NCBI GenBank assembly: GCA_043822785.1
Contig: JBDRBN010000103.1
Location: 1-12,266 of the forward strand
Direction of reading: 5' to 3'
DNA: 12,266 nt
DNA from: Pseudomonadota bacterium
GTDB lineage: Bacteria > UBA10199 > 2-02-FULL-44-16 > JAAZCA01
Shown here piece by piece: positions 1 through 6,613 of this stretch (within the stretch, counting starts at the first letter, position 1; each line of letters starts with the position of its first letter). The notes beneath the pieces are model-generated. The model did not search any database and was not told where the DNA came from. It saw nothing but the letters and a program-made list of their open reading frames with translations. Made by a program: the position numbers and the translations under genes.

Positions 1-72
1 AAGCGAAGCAATCCCCTTATAACCTGTGTTTGCGGGAGATTGCTTCGTCGCTAAACGCTCCTCGCAATGACA
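1..72. repeat. Palindromic REP/RPE-like repeat element, copy 1 (left end truncated by the window edge)
   Basis: Inverted repeat CGAAGCAATC (4-13) / GATTGCTTCG (38-47). Ends in CTCGCAATGACA (61-72). Shares GGAGATTGCTTCGTC and CTCGCAATGACA exactly with the copy at 4063-4146. Confidence 0.8.
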
Positions 73-175
73 CCTAGACATGAGAAAAATGAATTCTTAT
101 ATTTCAACCAGTTAACACCTCTAACGCGACAGCAGTGCAAATTTCGTATTTTAAAAGGCCCTCACTGAAAAGGCG

Positions 176-203
176 AAATTAGAAATTAGATATTAGAAAT
201 TAG
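176..203. repeat. Heptanucleotide tandem repeat (AAATTAG)x4
   Basis: AAATTAG AAATTAG ATATTAG AAATTAG, 4 nt beyond the ychF stop codon. Confidence 0.85.
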
Positions 204-207
204 ATTT

Positions 208-1302
208 TTACACATTAAACCTGAAGTGCACTATATCCCCATCCTTAATCTCATAGAGATGTCCTTCGATTCTTATGTGACCTTGTTCGCGGATCTTATG
301 CTCAGAACCTGCTTTCATGAGCTCGTCGTATGAATAGACCTCGGCGCGCATAAAGCCCTTTTCAAAATCCGTATGTATCTTGCCTGCAGCCTGCGGCGCC
401 CTTGTGCCGCGCTTTATATTCCACGCGCGCACTTCAGGTCCATCCTTTGTAAAAAAAGTTATCATATCGAGCAGTCGAAACGCCGCATGTATGAGCCTGG
501 GAAGGCCTGCCTCTTCTAGCCCAAGGTCTTTAAGAAATTCTTTTCTATCTTTTTCTTCCAGATCAGCGAGCTCGTCTTCAATCGAGCCGCAGATTTCAAT
601 CGCTGGGGCCCCTTGGTTTTGAGTATAGTCGATAGCGGTTCTCACTATCTGCGAAGGCTCTCTCACGTCGGTTTCGTTTACATTCAGCACATACAGGACC
701 GGCTTGTCTGTTATGAGCCCCATAAACGGCAGCTCTTCCCACTCTGCATTTGTAAGATCTGCTTTTTGCGCAGGGAAGCCTGCTTCAAGAACAGCTTTTA
801 GCTTTTCCATGCTGGCAAGCTGTTTCTTCGCATGAGCGTCACCGGACTTTGCGACGTGCGAAATCTTATCATGCTGTTTTGCAACTATCTCAAGATCAGC
901 GAGCAAAAGCTCGGTGTTGACCACTTCGATATCGTGGACTGGATCGAGCTTTTCATAGGCATGAGCCACGTCCGGCGCATCAAAGCAGCGCACCACGTGT
1001 GCGATGGCATCTACCTCACGTATGTGCCCGAGAAAGCGGTTGCCTAGTCCCTCGCCCTTATGGGCGCCTTCAACAAGACCTGCGATATCAACGAATTCAA
1101 CATGAGCCGGCACAACGCGCTCCGGCTTAAAAATTGACGCTATATTCGTGAGCCTAGGATCAGGCAGGGCAACTATGCCCGTGTGGTGGTCTTTGGTGCA
1201 AAACGGGTATTTTTCAGCAGGCACGTGCGCGGCCGTCATTGCGTTAAAAAGCGTGGACTTTCCAACATTGGGAAGGCCTACTATGCCGCAGTTAAAACCC
1301 AT
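208..1302 (-). CDS. ychF: Redox-regulated ribosome-binding ATPase YchF (Obg family)
   Basis: Starts [21 protein letters not shown] (P-loop). Contains [27 protein letters not shown], and a C-terminal TGS domain ([16 protein letters not shown]...[11 protein letters not shown]). Start placed at ATG 1302 (364 aa), which matches the family N-terminus. Confidence 0.97.
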   Translation of the reverse strand: MGFNCGIVGLPNVGKSTLFNAMTAAHVPAEKYPFCTKDHHTGIVALPDPRLTNIASIFKPERVVPAHVEFVDIAGLVEGAHKGEGLGNRFLGHIREVDAIAHVVRCFDAPDVAHAYEKLDPVHDIEVVNTELLLADLEIVAKQHDKISHVAKSGDAHAKKQLASMEKLKAVLEAGFPAQKADLTNAEWEELPFMGLITDKPVLYVLNVNETDVREPSQIVRTAIDYTQNQGAPAIEICGSIEDELADLEEKDRKEFLKDLGLEEAGLPRLIHAAFRLLDMITFFTKDGPEVRAWNIKRGTRAPQAAGKIHTDFEKGFMRAEVYSYDELMKAGSEHKIREQGHIRIEGHLYEIKDGDIVHFRFNV

Positions 1303-1309
1303 GGCCGGC

Positions 1310-1338
1310 ATGGTGCCAAAGCCGAGAAGGGAATTCAA
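1310..1338 (-). promoter_or_regulatory. Putative sigma-70 promoter of ychF (likely leaderless transcript)
   Basis: Minus strand: TTGAAT (1338-1333), 17-nt spacer ending in TGG, then CACCAT (1315-1310), 7 nt, and ATG 1302. No Shine-Dalgarno sequence. The -10 box is imperfect. Confidence 0.45.
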
Positions 1339-1409
1339 CTTATTTAAAGCAAGAGTGCTTGTGTCGACTAAAAGAGCTGATATATTGGCAATACCTTGGA
1401 GGTCAAAAC

Positions 1410-2747
1410 ATGCGTTTCACTCTAATTGCACTTTTATTAGCTTTGTTTTTACCGATCTTTGGGTGTGGCACAATAGACGATGCGCTCAGCATATCATCCA
1501 TCTCTCCTTCAGCTGGCACAACCCGCGGCGGAACAGTGGTTACGATTTCTGGTCGGGGTTTTGGAACCGGTACCACCGTTACGATTGGTGGACGCGCAGC
1601 ACCAATATCAGAGACACAGGCTACAAGGCTTACTGTCACATCGCCATCCAATCAAAATGAGACCGGCGCTGTGGACGTAGTGGTTACCGATGCGGCTAAC
1701 GTGTCGGTAACGCGAGTCGGTGGCTTCACATATGTGAGCATGCTTGCCTCCATAAATCGGGATTCAAACGATATTGCTCTCTTTAACGTAAATCGTGGCG
1801 AGCAGACTATAGAGGCTTTTTCTAAATCGCCGTTTGCTGCAGAAGGAACTGCGCCACGCGGCGTGGCTTTTGATACTACCGATGAATATTTATTTGTGAC
1901 CAACGGCAACAGCTCTACGGTATCATCATTTCAATATTCAGCAGCAGATGAAAACATCACCGCAGTGGACGGCTCGCCGTTTGCCGCGGGCGCTGTTGGA
2001 CCAATAGCATGCGCCGTCGATAGGTCGCTCAGGCTTCTGTTTACCGCAAACTTTACCTCCAGCAGCGTATCCGCATTTTCATATACTAACGATACAGGAG
2101 AGCTGACTTATATTGGCGTATCAGCGACCGGAGCAAACGGAATAAATCCCTTGGACATCGCGCTGGATGATTCAGCACGCCTCTTGTTCGTTGCAAACTC
2201 GGTCAGCAACACCGTGTCTGTATTTACCTATGATTCCCAGGGCGCGCTCACAGAGGTGGCAACGTCGCCCACTGGAACAGGCGGAACAGGACCTGCATCG
2301 CTAGCGCTAGATATTAGCAACAAGCTTCTTTTTGTAGCCAATTCCACTTCAAATGATGTTTCCGTTATCAGATATGATAATGCCGGCGCGCTAACGATAG
2401 TCGCAGGCTCGCCGTTTGATCCGAACGGCACCGAGCCTTACGATATAGTTTTAGATCTATCTAACAGATATCTTTTTGTGGCCAACAGATCGGCCAACGT
2501 GGTTGGCTCTTTTACATATTCTACTGATGGCACGCAGGTAACTGCCAACGGTCTCGCAGCTGATGCAGGCGGAACCCAGCCTGTGGCTCTTGCGCTGGAC
2601 ATAGATTACAGCACGCTATTTGTCGCCAATGCAGGATCAAGCGATATTCAGATTATGAGCTACGATACATCCGGAGTATTATCTCATGTTGGTAATGCTT
2701 TTGATAGCGGTGGCAGAGCTCCATATAATTTGGCTTTTATTCCATGA
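1410..2747 (+). CDS. Lipoprotein with an IPT/TIG domain and a 7-bladed beta-propeller (lactonase/YVTN-like fold)
   Basis: GGAGG RBS at 1398-1402 before ATG 1410. Signal peptide MRFTLIALLLALFLPIFG-C with a lipobox-like Cys19. ISSISPSAGTTRGGTVVTISGRGFGTGTTVTIGG...GAVDVVVT...FTY is a typical IPT/TIG domain. It is followed by ~48-aa repeats of the form P-x-x-x-x-x-D-x-x-x-x-x-LFVAN-x-x-S-N-x-V. Confidence 0.85.
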   Translation: MRFTLIALLLALFLPIFGCGTIDDALSISSISPSAGTTRGGTVVTISGRGFGTGTTVTIGGRAAPISETQATRLTVTSPSNQNETGAVDVVVTDAANVSVTRVGGFTYVSMLASINRDSNDIALFNVNRGEQTIEAFSKSPFAAEGTAPRGVAFDTTDEYLFVTNGNSSTVSSFQYSAADENITAVDGSPFAAGAVGPIACAVDRSLRLLFTANFTSSSVSAFSYTNDTGELTYIGVSATGANGINPLDIALDDSARLLFVANSVSNTVSVFTYDSQGALTEVATSPTGTGGTGPASLALDISNKLLFVANSTSNDVSVIRYDNAGALTIVAGSPFDPNGTEPYDIVLDLSNRYLFVANRSANVVGSFTYSTDGTQVTANGLAADAGGTQPVALALDIDYSTLFVANAGSSDIQIMSYDTSGVLSHVGNAFDSGGRAPYNLAFIP

Positions 2748-4084
2748 TTCCCCGATCCCTTCATTTCATCTCTCTCGGTTGTCCAAAGAACCTCGTCGAT
2801 TCAGAGGTCATGCTAGGCCTTCTCGCTGATGAGGGCTTTGTGCTCACAGCTGATGCGCATGCAGCAGAGGTGATCATAATAAACACATGCGCATTTATAG
2901 AGGACGCCAAGAAAGAGGCCATCGGCACAATTTTCGAGATGGCACAGCATAAGAAAGATGGAAAGTGCAAGCTGCTCATCGTGGCAGGCTGTCTTCCTCA
3001 GCGATACAGCGATGAAGTTCGCAAGCTCTTTCCCGAGGTTGATATGTTTGTGGGCGCAGGCGAGTTTATGAGGATCGCAGAGCTCATAAAGGAGTGGAAG
3101 GGCGTCAAGGGCGTTCATGTGGGGCGTCCTCAGTATCTGTACGATCATGAAACCCCGAGGTTTCAGGCTACGCCAGGGCATCGCGCTTATATCAAGATAG
3201 CTGAGGGGTGTTTTCATCCATGTTCCTTTTGCATCATACCAAAGATCAGGGGCAGCATACGGTCGCGTGCGCCTGAATCCGTTGTCAAAGAAGCGAAGGC
3301 GATGCTGGCTCGTGGCGTAAAAGAGATAAACCTGGTTGCGCAGGATACCACAGCATATGGCAAGGATGTAGGGTCAGATCTTGCCGCACTGCTTGAGAGT
3401 CTTGCTTTGCTTCCTGGACAAAAATGGATACGCTTCCTTTACGCATATCCGCATGCATTTCCAAAAGAGGTCATCGATGTGATGAGAAGCTATCCTGATA
3501 TCTGCAAGTATGTGGACGTTCCCATCCAGCACATAAACGAGCGGGTGCTCACCGCTATGCATCGCAAGGGCGAGGGACACGAGATAAGAGAGCTCATTGA
3601 AAATTTACGCACAAAGATTCCAGATATATCGCTTCGCACAAGTCTCATAGTTGGTTTTCCTGGTGAGACTGACAAAGAGTTTGATGAGCTTATGGACTTT
3701 GTGCGTGATGCAAAATTTGATAACCTCGGCGTCTTCACATATTCTCCTGAAGAAGGAACGCCTGCAGCAAAGCTTTCGGGCCGTGTGCCTGCAAGGATTG
3801 CCCAGGAACGCAAAAGGCTTATCATGGATGTACAGCGCGACATATCCAGACAGAAAAATGCAGCTTATATAGGAAGAACAATGAAGGTTCTTGTCGAAGG
3901 ACCTTCAGAGGAAACGCCCCTTTTAATTGGTGCACGCCATCAGGGCCAGGCGCCGGACATAGATGGACTTGTCTATATCAATGAAGGAAATCCTAAGGTG
4001 GGCGAATTCTGCGAGGTTGAGATAACAGAATCGCATGATTATGATCTTGTGGGGAGGGTGGATGTCATCGCGAGCCCGCGATAG
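2744..4084 (+). CDS. rimO: Ribosomal protein uS12 methylthiotransferase RimO
   Basis: UPF0004 N-terminal domain (SLGCPKNLVDSE, INTCAFIEDAKKEAI, GCLPQRY), radical SAM motif AYIKIAEGCFHPCSFCIIP, and a C-terminal TRAM domain (QAPDIDGLVYI...YDLVG). ATGA overlap with the upstream gene. Confidence 0.96.
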   Translation: MIPRSLHFISLGCPKNLVDSEVMLGLLADEGFVLTADAHAAEVIIINTCAFIEDAKKEAIGTIFEMAQHKKDGKCKLLIVAGCLPQRYSDEVRKLFPEVDMFVGAGEFMRIAELIKEWKGVKGVHVGRPQYLYDHETPRFQATPGHRAYIKIAEGCFHPCSFCIIPKIRGSIRSRAPESVVKEAKAMLARGVKEINLVAQDTTAYGKDVGSDLAALLESLALLPGQKWIRFLYAYPHAFPKEVIDVMRSYPDICKYVDVPIQHINERVLTAMHRKGEGHEIRELIENLRTKIPDISLRTSLIVGFPGETDKEFDELMDFVRDAKFDNLGVFTYSPEEGTPAAKLSGRVPARIAQERKRLIMDVQRDISRQKNAAYIGRTMKVLVEGPSEETPLLIGARHQGQAPDIDGLVYINEGNPKVGEFCEVEITESHDYDLVGRVDVIASPR

Positions 4085-4146
4085 CGGGCGTGGCGATCTC
4101 CGTGGCTTTAGGAGATTGCTTCGTCACTTTGTGACTCGCAATGACA
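4063..4146. repeat. Palindromic REP/RPE-like repeat element, copy 2 (complete, 84 bp), overlapping the rimO 3' end
   Basis: Terminal inverted repeats TGTCATCGCGAG / CTCGCAATGACA (11 of 12 match). Internal hairpins GCCCGC-GATA-GCGGGC, GCGATCTCC...GGAGATTGC and GTCAC-TTT-GTGAC. Sequence shared with 1-72. Confidence 0.85.
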
Positions 4147-4179
4147 TGACACATTTGATTACTTTTGAGGCTGAATTTC

Positions 4180-5484
4180 ATGGTAACTTTTCTAAGACTT
4201 CTAGTTCGCATCATAAGCTTCCTCATAAGACCGTGGCAGCGCAAATGGCGTCCTGGCATGCCCATCGAGTGCCTTGTTGTAGGCTATGGAGGTGCGAACA
4301 ACACAGGAGCTGAGGCCAGAACAATCGAGGCCATAAAGCAGATGCTGGATGCTGACCCGCGCATATCCATAACGCTTACATCTCTAGATCGTCGCCGCAC
4401 CCTTCGTTACTTAGATGAACATGACAGACTCCATGTTGTAGGCATCAATCCCATATTCATCTTTAGCATGACTAAGTTGGTTATGCGCTCTGATATCGTA
4501 GTGCTGGCTGAGGGCAGCTGCTTTAAAGAAAATTTTTCACCAGCCCTCTTGTGGTTCTTTATGTTCTCAGCTGATCTAGCGCAGAGGCTTTTGCTTCCTA
4601 CTGTAGCATACGGCGTTGATGCTGGTGAGCTTACTCCTTCAAACGCTAGATGGGCTCTTGATGTTGCAAATAAAATGGATCTTATCATGATGAGGACTGC
4701 AGCAGCAGCAGAACTTTTGCGATCAAAAGGTGTGAATACGAACATAGCGGTAACTACTGATACTGCCTTTACTCTTTTGCCGCAGAAAAGGCAGTGGGCA
4801 GAAACAGTGCTAACAGGGCAGGGTATAGATCTCAAAAAACCTATCGTCGGCATAGCATTTGAAGAGCTTTTTTGGTGGCCGGTGATGCCCAGTTTTTTTA
4901 AAGCAGCGTTAGGTGTTAAGCGCGATAGATACAAATCCATCTACTATCATACGTGGCCAAATCATGGCAGGCACAAGAGCGCTGTTATTAAGGAGGCTGT
5001 TGCAAATTATGCTGACTGGGTTGCTCAAGAATTTAATGCCCAAGTCGTTTTTTTTGCAATGGAGAGCCTGGACATAGAACCATGTCAAGATGTGATGCAT
5101 CAGATGAAGACGAGTTCGATCTCAATAGATGCGGATCACGCAAGTGCTGCCAAGATGGCAGCATTTCTCAGGCGTCTGGATTGGCTAGTTACCTGCCGTT
5201 ATCATGCATTTGTGCTTGCCATGTGCGGTTTGGTGCCGGCCATAGGTATTGGCCATGATGAGCGCATAGCTTCTATTATGGATGAGATGAATTTACTCAA
5301 TGGCTATTTCATACCCTACGAGGAGGAGCGGGTGCTTGCGCTGCTCAAGGATAAAACTAAAACTCTTCTGGTTGATGCTGATAATATAAAGAAAAAAATG
5401 GAGCGCGCTCTTCCCATATACTTTGAGCGCATGGCAGAAAACGAAAAACTGTTTGGGGAATTGGTTAGGAAAAAATTTATTTAG
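4180..5484 (+). CDS. Polysaccharide pyruvyl transferase family protein (CsaB/WcaK-like)
   Basis: Motifs LVVGYGGANNTGAEA, SDIVVLAEGS, YGVDAG, DLIMMR, VTTDTAF and LVTCRYHAFVLA...VPAIGI are in the order expected for the PS_pyruv_trans family. ATG 4180 has GAGG at 4167-4170. The ORF track starts at TTG 4165. Confidence 0.8.
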   Translation: MVTFLRLLVRIISFLIRPWQRKWRPGMPIECLVVGYGGANNTGAEARTIEAIKQMLDADPRISITLTSLDRRRTLRYLDEHDRLHVVGINPIFIFSMTKLVMRSDIVVLAEGSCFKENFSPALLWFFMFSADLAQRLLLPTVAYGVDAGELTPSNARWALDVANKMDLIMMRTAAAAELLRSKGVNTNIAVTTDTAFTLLPQKRQWAETVLTGQGIDLKKPIVGIAFEELFWWPVMPSFFKAALGVKRDRYKSIYYHTWPNHGRHKSAVIKEAVANYADWVAQEFNAQVVFFAMESLDIEPCQDVMHQMKTSSISIDADHASAAKMAAFLRRLDWLVTCRYHAFVLAMCGLVPAIGIGHDERIASIMDEMNLLNGYFIPYEEERVLALLKDKTKTLLVDADNIKKKMERALPIYFERMAENEKLFGELVRKKFI

Positions 5485-6422
5485 CGCTTCGCAATCATTT
5501 CCGCCAGATCGGCTAAGTCTTTGAAAGCATCGTCGCTTCTTGTGGATGATATTATTCTCATGGCGCTTGATAATTCATTCCACTCATCATGCGTGAGCTC
5601 ATCGCCCCGTCGCATTGTTCTATACGCTAGCAGCAAAAAATCTTGCATTGCTTCATTACTCTGATTCTTATCGATAAGGCGTATGGCTGACTCAAGCAAC
5701 AGCATATCTACGTCTACACTTTCTAAATCAATATCCCCTATTACGCCGTTTTTTTTTCCGCGCGATAAGGCTAGATCAGAGCTAACCCAATGCACGTGCT
5801 CTTCTTTTAAGAACGAACTGAGCCAATTTTTTGCAGCCCTGTGTCTGGTGTTCAACGTCGCGAATAAAGGCAAAGTGCTGCAGGAAGAGATGTCGGCAAT
5901 TACTTCCCATAACATCGCTGCGCTTGAATGAAAGCCCTCCTCATCTTCAAATGCCCTGGCGGACTTTGCAAATAGTCGGGCAGCCTGTGTTTTATCTGCT
6001 GGAGATTTTATTAGAGCAGCAAACATGGCTGCGGAGGCTAGGCTTTTTTCAGCAACGCCAAGAATCGCATCGTCAACACCCAACAGAGCTCGTTTGAATG
6101 ACTCGATTTCAGAAAGGAGCACTTGTTCAGTTGTGGACGAATGATCTGCGTGCGCTGCCGCCATGTGCACTATGCTCTGAAGCATATGCCACTGCACATC
6201 AAAACTTACCCTGCCATGAGTTATGAGACTCTGTTCGCCGCATCCGCTAAATCCCGTCACTTCCTGCATGTAAGCCCTATGATTCGGACTCATGTTAAAC
6301 ATAGGAGGGATGTCGATGATTCTAGGAAGATGCGTTGCGTACGCATTCTCACATAGGATTTCCGTGAACGCTTGCGCGAACACCGATGTCATTTGGCTTG
6401 CTGTTAAGGCAGATATGGTCAT
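5481..6422 (-). CDS. Hypothetical protein, 313 aa, predicted mostly alpha-helical
   Basis: Long open frame that fills the gap between neighbouring genes. AGAGG SD-like sequence about 10 nt upstream of ATG 6422. No recognisable family motif. Confidence 0.75.
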   Translation of the reverse strand: MTISALTASQMTSVFAQAFTEILCENAYATHLPRIIDIPPMFNMSPNHRAYMQEVTGFSGCGEQSLITHGRVSFDVQWHMLQSIVHMAAAHADHSSTTEQVLLSEIESFKRALLGVDDAILGVAEKSLASAAMFAALIKSPADKTQAARLFAKSARAFEDEEGFHSSAAMLWEVIADISSCSTLPLFATLNTRHRAAKNWLSSFLKEEHVHWVSSDLALSRGKKNGVIGDIDLESVDVDMLLLESAIRLIDKNQSNEAMQDFLLLAYRTMRRGDELTHDEWNELSSAMRIISSTRSDDAFKDLADLAEMIAKR

Positions 6423-6451
6423 GAACTCTTCATCCTCTTTGGCTCATTCCT

Positions 6452-6479
6452 TTATCGCAGCGTGGATAGAAAAGTTGCG
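6452..6479 (-). promoter_or_regulatory. Putative alternative-sigma (sigma-28-like) promoter for the 313-aa orphan
   Basis: Minus strand CGCAAC-ttttctatccacgc-TGCGATAA. Same motif and spacing as 6578-6605. Confidence 0.55.
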
Positions 6480-6499
6480 CAATATCCAGCTAAGCGTTC

Positions 6500-6512
6500 T
6501 AACTACCTGATA
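6500..6512 (-). promoter_or_regulatory. Putative IHF binding site
   Basis: Minus strand TATCAGGTAGTTA fits WATCARNNNNTTR, with an AT-rich tract on its 5' side (6513-6532). Confidence 0.4.
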
Positions 6513-6577
6513 TTATTAGCTTATTAATTTTACGCAAAACTGTATATACTCTTTGATCATTTGGCGATATCTTTTTA

Positions 6578-6605
6578 CGCAACAATTGGATGTTTCAGCC
6601 GATAA
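6578..6605 (+). promoter_or_regulatory. Putative alternative-sigma (sigma-28-like) promoter for the repeat protein
   Basis: CGCAAC-aattggatgtttca-GCCGATAA. GCCGATAA is an exact match to the FliA/sigma-28 -10 consensus. An in-frame ATG follows 8 nt later at 6614. Confidence 0.6.
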
Positions 6606-6613
6606 GGTCCCAT

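Noticed and set aside
72..175. AT-rich intergenic stretch considered as an IS end or small RNA
   Set aside because: No partner inverted repeat, transposase or convincing structure is visible in the window.
380..1660. Short ORFs antisense to or overlapping ychF and the lipoprotein gene
   Set aside because: They are shadow frames of well-supported genes, with no RBS or family motifs.
1410..2747. Calling the lipoprotein a 6-phosphogluconolactonase (pgl)
   Set aside because: Only the fold is similar. It has a lipoprotein signal and an IPT domain, and the catalytic motifs are not evident.
1..4146. Two repeat copies considered as CRISPR repeats or ends of a composite transposon
   Set aside because: There are only two copies 4 kb apart in the same orientation, with no spacer array, cas gene or transposase, and they enclose housekeeping genes.
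4035..4313. 92-aa and 66-aa ORFs across the rimO 3' end
   Set aside because: They are translations of the palindromic repeat and neighbouring genes (for example RLLRHFVTRND, VIASHKVTKQS) and show no independent evidence of coding.
6561..6582. TTGGCGAT...TTACGCAA as a sigma-54 promoter
   Set aside because: The GG and GC dinucleotides are not at the required -24/-12 spacing.
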